A stretch of DNA of 64,000 bases from an uncultured Verrucomicrobiota bacterium (GCA_964507045.1 CAZDOO010000023.1:703-64702); one strand, 5' to 3'; shown: positions 9,668 to 19,106, counted from the stretch's first letter. The notes: a model not told the origin generated them from the letters alone. Translations and numbers: made by a program.

Positions 9668-11074
9668 TCATTTCTGCCGGAACTGGTAAACGTGCACCTC
9701 GAACGGGCCAAACCAGTCCGCGAAGCTGCCGTGTTCCGCATCCACTTTCCGCGGCTCCTCGAAGACCACCGTTCCCGCACCTTCACCGTGGACCTTCTGG
9801 GGCAAGCCGCTGAAGCGCACGCGGATCGTGGGGCCCTCCTTCTTGCAGGCCAGCACGTAGATGTCATCCCCCGCCTCGCGCACCAGCCATTCGAGGGCGC
9901 TGGCATCTGCACTGACCGCATCCTGCACGAACTGTCCCGGGGTTGCTGCCTGGCGGTTCTGTTCCTCTTCCTTATTCGCCACCGCGCGCTTTGGAGGAGC
10001 TTCCGCCACAACCTTGAGCTTGAGGTTGGAGTTGGCCGCCAGCAGGGCCGGGAGGATCGGTGACTTCGGCCCGATCTCCTCGAAGAGCGGGCGCATCACG
10101 CGGTCGAAATATGTCCAGTTGAATCCCCGGGGCTTATCCCGCTCGTTGAGCGTCTGCGGCAGACCGCCGCCGAAATAGGTCAGCCCGCGGGCGCCGTTGA
10201 TGATCGCCTCGTAGGCCATGAAGCGCTGCTCCGGAAACGTCGGGAAGCGCAGCGTGCGCCCGGGCTTGACTACGCCCGAGAAGGCGATCTGGAGCGTCAT
10301 CCAGAACGGCTTTTCGCCCGCCACTTGCTTCATCATGCGGGTGAAGTCGCCCACCATGCTCAGCTCATTGTTCTTCTCCTCCGAATGCACTCCGGGCGGA
10401 TAGCTCACCGGATAGATGTCTATGCCGCCGACGTCCCACCCCGCGTCGTAGCGTTTCAGCGAGGCCACAGTTCCGCGCGGCGCCTGCACCAGCCAGATGG
10501 GATGGTCTGGATCGAGTTCGCGGAGGAGCTGTGCCACGTGCGCAACCTGCTGCGGCGTTGATTTCCCGGAGTTATGCGAGTTTCCCCAATCCGGTTCGTC
10601 GGCGCCTTTCCATAGGCCCATGCCGGGGGAGTCCTTGAAGGCGGCAATCACCTTCCGCAGCTTCGCCTCCTGCTTCTGGTCGCCCGGGTCGAAGTTGGAG
10701 AGGTCCCAGCCCAGCCACGGGCAGCAGCGCAGCCCGCCCGCCGCCGCCGCGGCTTGCATCGCCTTCTCCCGCTCGATCGTCTCGCCGTTCCAGGCCGGGC
10801 CGCCAGACCGCATGAACACCACGCCGCAGTCTGCGAACTCCGCGTAGGCCGGCCGGCCGTTGGGGGCCTTGGCGTCCGGCTCCGGCACAATGGTCAAGTT
10901 GAGGGGGAACTTCTTTTGCCCATCCACTACCAGCGCCCCTGCGTCGTCGAACGCGATCTTCGCCGGCTTCGTCAGCGCCTCCGCCGCCCGCGCCGGCGCG
11001 CTCAATCCCGCCGCCAATAGAGCTGCTCCCGTGCATCCGCCCGCCAGCGTTCTGAAGAACTTTGCAGCAATCAC
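9668..11074 (-). CDS. Secreted glycoside-hydrolase-like protein (family not identified)
   Basis: The first 43 codons of track ORF 9668..11203 read through the MITE terminus. In-frame GTG 11074 gives signal peptide MIAAKFFRTLAGGCTGAALLAAGLSAPARA. ADEPDWGN resembles the NEP acid/base motif of clan GH-A TIM barrels. Confidence 0.55.
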   Translation of the reverse strand: MIAAKFFRTLAGGCTGAALLAAGLSAPARAAEALTKPAKIAFDDAGALVVDGQKKFPLNLTIVPEPDAKAPNGRPAYAEFADCGVVFMRSGGPAWNGETIEREKAMQAAAAAGGLRCCPWLGWDLSNFDPGDQKQEAKLRKVIAAFKDSPGMGLWKGADEPDWGNSHNSGKSTPQQVAHVAQLLRELDPDHPIWLVQAPRGTVASLKRYDAGWDVGGIDIYPVSYPPGVHSEEKNNELSMVGDFTRMMKQVAGEKPFWMTLQIAFSGVVKPGRTLRFPTFPEQRFMAYEAIINGARGLTYFGGGLPQTLNERDKPRGFNWTYFDRVMRPLFEEIGPKSPILPALLAANSNLKLKVVAEAPPKRAVANKEEEQNRQAATPGQFVQDAVSADASALEWLVREAGDDIYVLACKKEGPTIRVRFSGLPQKVHGEGAGTVVFEEPRKVDAEHGSFADWFGPFEVHVYQFRQK

Positions 11075-11141
11075 GAGCGCTATCCTTGACGAGACAGATG
11101 CCGGTTCGTCAATGAGAATGTCGTCTGGTGCGCCACGCGAA

Positions 11142-11559
11142 GCGCATCTCACTTTCCCGCAATAAAGCGAGATGCGCCGGTCGTGCGCGGCGCAACCCGA
11201 CACCCCCCCCGGTTGGCCCGGGCTCCCTCCCCATCCTTGCGCCAGCCCCCCTCCGTCTCCTCACCGTATACACACCGTAGCACCTCTCATAATTTATGAG
11301 AGGTGCTACGGTGTGTATACGGTGTGTAGACGGTGAGATAGGCCTGGGTGGAGCGGCATAGGCCCCGGATCGGGAGGTTGCCGGCCTTTTAGGGCCGTTC
11401 GGATCGCGAGCCGACCCCGGCCGTCAAGTGGTGCGGCGCGCAGCTCGGCCTGTAACAAACGCCTATATTCCGGTCGGCCCGGCCAGGAGTTGACCCGGGG
11501 AGCCGACCAGAATGTCGGCGCCCCGACCCTCCCGTTGCAGGAAAGTGAGATGCGCCACG
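11142..11559 (-). mobile_element. MITE-like non-autonomous element, copy 1 (418 bp)
   Basis: Perfect 16-bp TIR: GCGCATCTCACTTTCC at 11142-11157 is the reverse complement of 11540-11555. It is flanked by direct CCACGCGAA at 11133-11141 and 11560-11568. It aligns over its whole length, in reverse complement, with 25295-25710. No credible ORF inside. Confidence 0.75.
11262..11324. repeat. Perfect 63-nt palindrome (31-bp arms, 1-nt centre) at the core of MITE copy 1
   Basis: I paired the arms base by base: 11262-11292 pair with 11294-11324 around T11293. The inner 15 bp (TAGCACCTCTCATAA) are identical to copy 2. Confidence 0.9.
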
Positions 11560-11702
11560 CCACGCGAACCCCTGCCTTGCCGGATAGGTGAGTGAGGCAA
11601 CCCGCGTTGAGATTGGCGGGTGCGCGCAAATGAACTTTCGGGCGGGCTGCCCGGCAGACGCGGCTTGGCAGGCGGGCGTCCTTTTTGTAGTAACCAGCAG
11701 GA

Positions 11703-12476
11703 ATGCAGCCCTATGACAGGCGATTTGGCGGCATTGGCCGCTTGTATGGCCAGGACGGACTTGACCGGCTCCGCCGCGGCCATGTCTGCGTGGTCGGTTT
11801 GGGCGGGGTCGGGTCGTGGGCGGTCGAGGCGCTGGCGCGCTCGGGGGTCGGGGAGTTGACCCTGGTGGACTTGGACGATGTCTGCATCAGCAACGTCAAC
11901 CGGCAAGTCCATGCGCTGGAGGGTGAATTAGGCAAGCCGAAAGTGGAAGTGCTGGCGCGGCGCGTGCAGGCGATTAATCCCGACTGCACAGTGCATCCGC
12001 TTCAGGCGTTCTTCCTCAAGTCTAATGCGGAGGAAGTGCTTCAGGCGCCCTATGGTTATGTGCTGGATGCCATTGACAGCCCGTCGCGGAAGTGCCTCTT
12101 GATCGCCCTGTGCCATAAGCGGGGCATCCCGGTGATTGCGACCGGCGCCGCGGGCGGTCGGCGGGACCCGACCGCGGTGGAGGTCATGGATCTGGCCTTC
12201 ACGAGCCATGACCGCCTGTTGCAGGAAGTGCGGTGGGGACTGCGGGCGCAGCACGGATTCCCGCGCGGCGCGCATCCCTTCGGCGTGGAGTGCGTCGTGT
12301 CACGGGAGCGGATGGTGTATCCCGGCAAAGACGGCTCGATCTGCGCCACGCCCGCGGCCAAGCCGGACCTGCGTCTGGACTGCAGGGGCGGCTTTGGCAC
12401 GGCGAGCTTTGTCACCGGCACGTTCGGCTTTGTGGCTGCCTCGCGCATCGTCCAGAAGATCGCCACCCGCGCTTAA
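11703..12476 (+). CDS. tcdA: tRNA threonylcarbamoyladenosine dehydratase (ThiF/MoeB-like E1 fold)
   Basis: 257 aa. RFGGIGRLYG, VCVVGLGGVGSWAVEALARSG and DLDDVCISNVNRQ align closely by eye with E. coli TcdA/CsdL. Confidence 0.85.
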   Translation: MQPYDRRFGGIGRLYGQDGLDRLRRGHVCVVGLGGVGSWAVEALARSGVGELTLVDLDDVCISNVNRQVHALEGELGKPKVEVLARRVQAINPDCTVHPLQAFFLKSNAEEVLQAPYGYVLDAIDSPSRKCLLIALCHKRGIPVIATGAAGGRRDPTAVEVMDLAFTSHDRLLQEVRWGLRAQHGFPRGAHPFGVECVVSRERMVYPGKDGSICATPAAKPDLRLDCRGGFGTASFVTGTFGFVAASRIVQKIATRA

Positions 12477-12477
12477 G

Positions 12478-13293
12478 TTATTCACGGGCCAGCGATCCAA
12501 ACAGCCGCAGGAAGTTGGCCTCCACCCGCTCCGCCAGCGCCTCCGTCGGCTCGCCGAACAATTCCGCCGCGAATTGATAAACCGCCCGAAGATTGGCCGG
12601 GTGGTTGATTGCTTTGCCGGTCTGCGCATCCGTGAGCGGATAGCGGTTAAGCTCGTCAGGCAAGAGCTGGTCCGGCGCGTCGGTCTCGATCAGCAGGCGG
12701 CTGGCCGGCACACACTTAAAGGCTTCGCGCTGGCGCGCCTTGCGCTCGTGCGCGAAGTAACCCGGCAGTGAGAAAAAGGCGCCCAACTCGGCCAGCGGTG
12801 TGATCATTTCCCGTGGACCGCCATAGGAATGGAGCACAAAACCGCAGCGTGGCCGCGGCTCCGCGCGCAGGATTTCCAGCAGCCGGCCCCAGGCCTGCAG
12901 ACAATGAATGCTGAGCGGAAGGTTGCGCTCCGCCGCCAGCCGCAGTTGCCAGATGAATGCCGGCTCCTGTTGCTCGGGGGCGCGGTCTTTGATCCAGCGA
13001 TCCAGGCCCGCCTCTCCAATCGCGGATGGGACTGCGTTCAAGTGCCGCACGAGCGCAACCTGCCAGTCCGGCGACCGCTCCTTCACATACCAGGGGTGAC
13101 AGCCGAAGGAGGGAATAACCTGGGGGCACTCGCGGGCCAGTGCCAGCACTTCCGGCCAATCAGCCTCGCAGGAACCGTTGACCACCATCCAGGCCACGCC
13201 CTCGCGCCGCACCGCCCTCAGGACGGCCTCGCGGCAGGGGGCAAGCCGTTCGTCGTGCAGATGGTTATGCGCGTCGCAGAGCCGATAGGTCAT
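12478..13293 (-). CDS. TatD-family metal-dependent hydrolase
   Basis: Only the C-terminal 271 codons of track ORF 12478..14649 look coding. ATG 13293 gives MTYRLCDAHNHL (HxH). Other motifs are SIHC, VLHSYGG and ETDAPD. Confidence 0.85.
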   Translation of the reverse strand: MTYRLCDAHNHLHDERLAPCREAVLRAVRREGVAWMVVNGSCEADWPEVLALARECPQVIPSFGCHPWYVKERSPDWQVALVRHLNAVPSAIGEAGLDRWIKDRAPEQQEPAFIWQLRLAAERNLPLSIHCLQAWGRLLEILRAEPRPRCGFVLHSYGGPREMITPLAELGAFFSLPGYFAHERKARQREAFKCVPASRLLIETDAPDQLLPDELNRYPLTDAQTGKAINHPANLRAVYQFAAELFGEPTEALAERVEANFLRLFGSLARE

Positions 13294-13479
13294 CAGGTAG
13301 TCATGGAGGTGGTTCAGTGTCTGACAGATACTACCATATTTGTCCGTTTTGCCACCCCTGAACCGCCTGGTATTCCGCGTAGCGCGATTTGGCCACGGGC
13401 GCGGCATCTGTCGGCTTTCCAAGCCCGGTTCACGCCTGTAGGTTGGGGAGCGATGGCAACACAGCCGATGAAATAACCC

Positions 13480-14997
13480 ATGCCCGCAACCACCGCTTTC
13501 AACAACGAACACTACCTCGAACAACAGAGCGCCGCGATTCTCGAGCGCGTCAACGGCGCCGATCACAAGCTCTACCTGGAGTTCGGCGGCAAATTGCTGC
13601 TCGATTATCATGCGGCGCGGGTGCTGCCCGGTTTTCAGCCCGAGGTTAAAATGCGGCTGCTGCAGCGGCTTCAAGACCGGGCAGAAGTGGTCCTGTGCAT
13701 CTTCGCGGGGGATATCGAGAAGAAGAAGATGCGCGCCGACTTCGGCATTCCTTACGACACCGACGCGCTCAAGACCATTGACGAGGTGCGCGAATGGGGC
13801 ATCACCGTGCGGGCTGTGGTTATTACGCGGTTTGACAATCAGCCCGCGGCGGTTGCTTTCAAGAACAAGCTGGAACGCCGCGGCATTCGCGTCTACACGC
13901 ACCGCGCGACCAAGGGCTACCCCACGAGTGTGGATACGATTGTCAGCGACGAGGGCTACGGCGCCAATCCCTACATCGAGACGGAACGCCCGATCGTGGT
14001 GGTCACCGGGCCGGGACCGGGCAGCGGCAAACTGGCCACCTGCCTGTCGCAGCTTTACCACGAGCATAAAAGGGGGCGCAATGCCAGCTATGCGAAGTTC
14101 GAGACTTTCCCGATCTGGAACCTGCCGTTGAAACATGAGGTAAATGTGGCCTACGAAGCCGCCACAGCCGAACTCAAGGATGTGAACCTCATTGACCATT
14201 TCCATCTGGAGGCCTACGGCCAGCCGGCTATCAACTACAACCGCGACATCGAAGCCTTCCCGCTGGTGCGCCGGATCATCGAGCGCATTACCGGCCGTTC
14301 CTCCTGCTATAAGTCTCCCACGGACATGGGAGTAAACCGCGCCGGATTCGGCATCATGGACGACGCCGCCTGCCGCGCGGCGGCGCGCCAGGAGATTATC
14401 CGGCGATATTTCAACTACGCCTGCGAGTACGCGATGGGGCTGGTGGAACGCGACGCTCTGGAGCGGGTCGAACTGATCATGCGCAACCTGGGTTTGAGCA
14501 CCACCGATCGCAGAGTGGTGGCGCCGGCCCAGGAAGCGGCGCGCCAGGCGCAGACTTGCGGCAAGGGCAGCAACGGCTTCTTCTGCGGCGCGGCCATCGA
14601 ACTGCGGGATGGGCGAATCATCACCGGCAAGAACTCGCCGCTGATGCACGCCGCCTCAAGCCTGGTGCTCAACGCCGCGAAAACCCTCGCCAACATCCCC
14701 GAGGCGATTCACCTGCTGCCGACCAATGTGACCCGGTCGCTCAGCCATTTCAAAACGGATGTGCTCAAGGGCCGGGGCACCAGCCTGGATCTGGAGGAAA
14801 CCCTCATCGCGCTGAGCATTAGCGCCCTGATGAATCCTGCCGCGGAAGCCGCCATCGAGCGCTTGAAAGAACTCAATGGCTGCGACGTTCATCTCACGCA
14901 TATCCCTTCCCCCGGCGACGCTGCCGGGCTGCGCAAGCTGGGCGCCAGCACCACCAGCGAACCGGAGTTCGCCTCGAAACACCTGTTTGCAGGCTGA
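13480..14997 (+). CDS. DUF1846 / UPF0371 family protein (function unknown)
   Basis: 505 aa. Near-collinear motif matches to UPF0371 proteins: KLYLEFGGKLL.D.HAARVLPG, VVVTGPGPGSGKLATCLSQLYHE, YAKFETFPIWNLPL, SPTDMGVN. Confidence 0.9.
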   Translation: MPATTAFNNEHYLEQQSAAILERVNGADHKLYLEFGGKLLLDYHAARVLPGFQPEVKMRLLQRLQDRAEVVLCIFAGDIEKKKMRADFGIPYDTDALKTIDEVREWGITVRAVVITRFDNQPAAVAFKNKLERRGIRVYTHRATKGYPTSVDTIVSDEGYGANPYIETERPIVVVTGPGPGSGKLATCLSQLYHEHKRGRNASYAKFETFPIWNLPLKHEVNVAYEAATAELKDVNLIDHFHLEAYGQPAINYNRDIEAFPLVRRIIERITGRSSCYKSPTDMGVNRAGFGIMDDAACRAAARQEIIRRYFNYACEYAMGLVERDALERVELIMRNLGLSTTDRRVVAPAQEAARQAQTCGKGSNGFFCGAAIELRDGRIITGKNSPLMHAASSLVLNAAKTLANIPEAIHLLPTNVTRSLSHFKTDVLKGRGTSLDLEETLIALSISALMNPAAEAAIERLKELNGCDVHLTHIPSPGDAAGLRKLGASTTSEPEFASKHLFAG

Positions 14998-15109
14998 TGC
15001 GGCAGGGCGCACGCGGGCGGTTGAAAGCTCCGGCCCGCCGGGATTCTGCTTCGCACTTGTCCCGGAGAGCGGCAAGCAGAACAGCCACAGTGTTCTTGCC
15101 GAAATAATG

Positions 15110-18100
15110 TCAGCGCGGGACCGGCCAGGTGCCGGCAAGACGATCTTGCAGCCCGCGCTTCGGCAAAGCGACGGAGGCCGCGGCCAGCAGGCCGAGCAAC
15201 GCCAAGGCCACATAGGGTTGCCAAGTCAGATGCCTTGCAATCGCGAGAACCGCCACAGCGAACAGGGGCACCACCGGGCTCCACGCCACGAGGGCTCGCC
15301 AGAACAGGCGCAACCGCGAAGCGCGCGCGCCGTCCTTCCTGACATAAGTCACGCCGGCGATGAGCAGAACCACCCCGCCGCGGAACAGCAGGGCCGCTAC
15401 CAGTGCCGGCAGGCCAACATAGACCAGCAGCGCCACGGCTAGCACCATGACCGGGAGCGCGGGGGGCGGTTTCTCGCCAAAGAACGGTTGCTTGGGGACG
15501 TGCTTGCCCACCACCGCGTCGGCCTCTTTGATCTCGGCTTCCGTGGGCGCAGGATGGTCGGTCACGCTCTGTTCGGCAAACTTCCGGCCCTCTCCCTTGA
15601 TCATGCTCACCACCATCCAGCTCGACCAGGCGGTTTCATTAGTAATGAGGCCGCGGTAATGGTGGGCGATGTAAATGGCGAACTGGCGGTCGGTGGGCAA
15701 GTGCGCGTTCTTGCCTCCCCAGAACCGCCCCGACGTTCGCATCTGCAGCAGGGAGCTCAGCTCCATCAAGCCCGGGTTCTTCCGGGTAAGTTCCTGGACG
15801 AAGGTTAGGCCGAAAACCCCGCCCACGCACGCCAGCAAGGGAACGGCAAGGCACCCCCCAACCAGCGCGGCCCGCCGCCACCGCGAGACCACCGCCACCC
15901 GATTTAACAGCGGCTTGAGGGCCGCCGCCACTGCATCGGCGCCAGCCATCTGCGACAGGTCTTTTAGGAAGGCCCGCGCGTGCAGCGGCAGCACCGCCAC
16001 ATCGCCCGCAGCCTTCCCGCTGGGTGTCCCGGTTCCTTTCAATGCCGTCATGGCCACTTCGGTGAGAAAGCCTGGGGTGGTCTGGGGTGGGGAACTCACA
16101 TTTGATTCAGCCTTCGGCCTTCCAAACTCGGATTTCCCAATCAGGCCAGGGGCGGGGAAGTCCAGCAGCTTGGCGCGGCCTTCGGCGGTGATCCAGATGC
16201 GGTTGAGGGCGAGTTCCGGCAAGGTGCCCTCCTTTTCTGCTAAGCTGATTTCGGTGGCCAAGTCATGCAGCCAGTAGCGCACCTCGCGCCAGGCTTGGGG
16301 CTGCCCAACCAACTCGAGCAGGGGTCGGCCATTGAGGGCCTCGAAGGCGTCCCAGTTTCCCTCGGGTGACCGTTTCCCGGTGAGCCAACGCAGGCGCCCC
16401 ACCCGGCCCAGATTGCGCAACCGGGCTGGCGCCGGTTCCGTGCCTGGAGCTACCACCCGGATCCAGACCTTGCGCAAGAGCTTTAGATCGTAGCCCAGAA
16501 ACCATTTCACGTCGGCGGACTCGGCCAGCGGCTGCAGCACATGATAGGGGCCGATGGTAATGGCCGACTCTGTGGCCGGCGCGGGGGCTTCAGGCGCCAC
16601 CAACGCGGGCCGCGAGCCGAGGGCGGTCCGAGAGATGACCCGGGTCCCGGTCAGCAGGTCCTGGATCGCGGCGAAGCCGTTGCGTCGGCGCGCGGTGACG
16701 AACAGCAACGCCATGACCACATAGATGGAAAGGCCCAGGAACATCTGGGTTGCCTGCGACGCGGCCACGTAAGCTCTTGGATTCATGCCGAAGGCCAGCC
16801 AATAGGGCGCGAACGGCGGCAGGATGAAAACCAGGGCGCGGAACAAGGCCCGCGCGAAGCCTGGCGGGTTCCGGTCCGGCCCGACGACACGCAACCGGCA
16901 GAGGACCTTGCCTGCCGCGGCGCCCAATCGGCCCTCGAACAGCGCAAAATAGAGGGTCACCCCGCAGACCCATGCGAACAAGCAGAGCAGCACCTTTGGC
17001 GAAAGCTGCATACTCTGCTCCATGAATGCCATCAGCCCCCCAAACGCCAACAGGTTGATTATGCATGCCACCAGGCCAAGGAGCGTCATGTCCACCATGC
17101 CCGCCAGGAAACGCAGTCCCAGCGTGGCCGGTGTCGGTGCGACCGAACTGTAAGGCCCCAGCGCCCGGGCCAGGTCGGCGTAGCTCCTGAACCGCTCGCC
17201 GGGCTGCTTTTCGAGACACCGCAGCACCACTTTGGCCAGCCCTGAGGGCACTGGGGGACGGAATTGCCGCGGCGACGGCGGGCGCTGTTCAAGCACAGTG
17301 GCAAGAAGTTGCACCATGTTCTGGGCTTCAAAGGGCGTGCGGCCGGTCAGCAGGTAGTAGAGAGTGGCGCCGACCGAATACATATCCGAGCGCACGTTCA
17401 GTTCCTCGCCGCGCAATTGCTCCGGCGAGCAGAACGCCGGGGTGCCGAGGAAAGCGCCGGTAGCGGTCAGCGCCGGCTCCGTGCGAACGGCGGTCGAAAC
17501 CGAGAGGCCAAAGTCGCCAATCTTCACGACGCCGTCCTCGCCCACATAGCAGTTCGACGGCTTTACGTCCCGGTGCAGGATGCCAACGCGCTGGGCCGCG
17601 CCCAGACCCTCAACGATCTGCAGCACACAGTCCACCGCTTCGCCGACCGGGAGCGGTCCCCGGGCACGCACACGATCCTGCAAGGTGCCGCCGGCGACCA
17701 GTTCCATCGTAATGACAGGTGTGCCGCCGATCTCCTCCGTGCCGAAGATATAGACGCTGTTGGGATGATTGATCGAGGCGGCCAGGCGCCCTTCGCGGAA
17801 GAACCGCTCGCGCGCGTCGGGCGCATCCAGCCGGTGGCTCAGGACTTTGAGCGCGACGCGGCGCCCGCTCTCCAAGTCTTGAGCTTCATACACCGCGCCC
17901 ATGCCGCCCGCGCCGAGAACGCGAAGGATAGCGTAATGGCCCAATTGCTCACCCGGTTGCGGCAGGCTGCGGGACTTCGCCCCCGCTCCCGGCAGCACAA
18001 CTGTGCCGCCGGGACCGGTGTCGGGCTGCGTCTCCAGGGCAAGCTTGAGCAGACATTTCGGGCAGAGATCCGGCGGCGCGCCGGCGGGCAGCTCAGCGCC

Positions 18101-18151
18101 GCAGCCTGCACATTTGCGCTTCGCGGAATCCGTATTCTCGAGGTTAGCCAT
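15110..18151 (-). CDS. Membrane Ser/Thr protein kinase: zinc-ribbon + kinase + RDD domain + pseudokinase-like region + C-terminal RDD-like domain
   Basis: ATG 18151 (MANLENTD...); the 224 codons upstream in the track ORF have no protein-like features. Zinc ribbon is CAGCG..CPKC. Kinase motifs are GAGGMGAVYEA, VALKVL, HRDVKPSN, DFGLS and SPE. RDD-type ends are IQDLLTGTRVISR and LQDRLAGTWPVPR. Confidence 0.85.
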   Translation of the reverse strand: MANLENTDSAKRKCAGCGAELPAGAPPDLCPKCLLKLALETQPDTGPGGTVVLPGAGAKSRSLPQPGEQLGHYAILRVLGAGGMGAVYEAQDLESGRRVALKVLSHRLDAPDARERFFREGRLAASINHPNSVYIFGTEEIGGTPVITMELVAGGTLQDRVRARGPLPVGEAVDCVLQIVEGLGAAQRVGILHRDVKPSNCYVGEDGVVKIGDFGLSVSTAVRTEPALTATGAFLGTPAFCSPEQLRGEELNVRSDMYSVGATLYYLLTGRTPFEAQNMVQLLATVLEQRPPSPRQFRPPVPSGLAKVVLRCLEKQPGERFRSYADLARALGPYSSVAPTPATLGLRFLAGMVDMTLLGLVACIINLLAFGGLMAFMEQSMQLSPKVLLCLFAWVCGVTLYFALFEGRLGAAAGKVLCRLRVVGPDRNPPGFARALFRALVFILPPFAPYWLAFGMNPRAYVAASQATQMFLGLSIYVVMALLFVTARRRNGFAAIQDLLTGTRVISRTALGSRPALVAPEAPAPATESAITIGPYHVLQPLAESADVKWFLGYDLKLLRKVWIRVVAPGTEPAPARLRNLGRVGRLRWLTGKRSPEGNWDAFEALNGRPLLELVGQPQAWREVRYWLHDLATEISLAEKEGTLPELALNRIWITAEGRAKLLDFPAPGLIGKSEFGRPKAESNVSSPPQTTPGFLTEVAMTALKGTGTPSGKAAGDVAVLPLHARAFLKDLSQMAGADAVAAALKPLLNRVAVVSRWRRAALVGGCLAVPLLACVGGVFGLTFVQELTRKNPGLMELSSLLQMRTSGRFWGGKNAHLPTDRQFAIYIAHHYRGLITNETAWSSWMVVSMIKGEGRKFAEQSVTDHPAPTEAEIKEADAVVGKHVPKQPFFGEKPPPALPVMVLAVALLVYVGLPALVAALLFRGGVVLLIAGVTYVRKDGARASRLRLFWRALVAWSPVVPLFAVAVLAIARHLTWQPYVALALLGLLAAASVALPKRGLQDRLAGTWPVPR

Positions 18152-18541
18152 ATTGTTCCGCCGGGTTCTTAAGCAGAATACGGCAAAGGTAACACGCCCG
18201 TCACGCAATCCCGGGGCGGCACGCGGGGGAAGGGGTGTGATCTCTCGGCCAGGCTTGCACCGGCTTGCCGGCTTCCGGCGTCTTGAGGCTGCGGCTGGCA
18301 AGAAGAGCGACCCGGCTTTACACCGGGTCGCCCAACCCAACCCAACTAGGAAAGACGGGCCGTGACTGTTTCCGGTCACCGCCCGAACCATGAAGGTGCA
18401 GGTAACCACCCCGCACCGCGGGCAATGATTGGCATGCGCTGTGCCAAAATGCAAGCCGGAAACGTCTCTTCGGCACACGCTCGGTCGGACTTGCCTTGGC
18501 CCACGGGGGATCTGGTAAGCTTGACCTGCAGACACATTACT

Positions 18542-19072
18542 ATGAATGCGAACAATAATGAGAACCTCAGGTTTATCTTCGGTCGCAGGAGCATCCGCGC
18601 CTACTCTGCCGCGCCGGTGAGCGAGGCGGCGGTTCAAACACTGCTGGAAGCCGCCATGGCCGCCCCTTCCGCGGCGGGGAAAGATCCCTGGCGGTTTGTC
18701 GTGATCCGCAACCGGCAGAAGCTCGGGGAGATCGCCGCCGCCCTGCCCAACGGCCCGATGATCGCCAAGGCGGCGCTGGGCATCGTCGTGTGTGGAGAAC
18801 TGCCGGCGGCGCATGACCAGCAAATCAGCTACTTGCTCCAGGATTGTGCGGCGGCGATCGAGAACCTGCTCTTATCCGCGCACATTCTGGGTTTGGGTGC
18901 CTGTTGGCTGGGAGTGCATCCCCGCGAGCAACGGATTGACTCCCTCAAGCAGATTCTCGGGCTGCCCCCCGCCATAATCCCCGTGGCCTGCATCTCGATT
19001 GGCGGCCCCGGCGAGACCAAGGAAGCGCGCACCCGGTTCAGGCGGGATTACGTCCACCTGGAGCAGTGGTGA
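18542..19072 (+). CDS. Nitroreductase-family protein
   Basis: In-frame ATG 18542 (MNANNNENLRFIFGRRSIRAYS). Motifs are DPWRFVVI and GLGACWLG. Confidence 0.85.
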   Translation: MNANNNENLRFIFGRRSIRAYSAAPVSEAAVQTLLEAAMAAPSAAGKDPWRFVVIRNRQKLGEIAAALPNGPMIAKAALGIVVCGELPAAHDQQISYLLQDCAAAIENLLLSAHILGLGACWLGVHPREQRIDSLKQILGLPPAIIPVACISIGGPGETKEARTRFRRDYVHLEQW

Positions 19073-19106
19073 GGGTTTCGGCGGTAGCGCCCCCCGCGGC
19101 TGAGCG

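Noticed and set aside
11306-11629. ORFs inside the two MITE-like copies that share a peptide (VNSWPGRPEYRRLLQAEL...): 11306..11629 (minus strand) and 25034..25513 / 25200..25493 (plus strand)
   Set aside because: The similarity only reflects the repeated DNA. Differences between copies include indels and are not concentrated at third codon positions. The frames run across the TIRs into the flanks.
12804-13159. Assorted 60-150-aa ORFs overlapping annotated genes throughout the window (e.g. 12716..13159, 12804..13019)
   Set aside because: They are all nested in, or antisense to, genes with clear family motifs, and their composition is typical of out-of-frame GC-rich sequence.
13294-14649. N-terminal ~450 codons of track ORF 12478..14649
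   Set aside because: This part is antisense to the well-supported DUF1846 gene. Only the C-terminal TatD-like part, starting at ATG 13293, has protein motifs.
18152-18823. 224-codon N-terminal extension of the kinase ORF (track 15110..18823)
   Set aside because: The extension is Arg/Pro/Gly-rich without structure and overlaps the nitroreductase gene antisense. A clean ATG at 18151 precedes the zinc ribbon.
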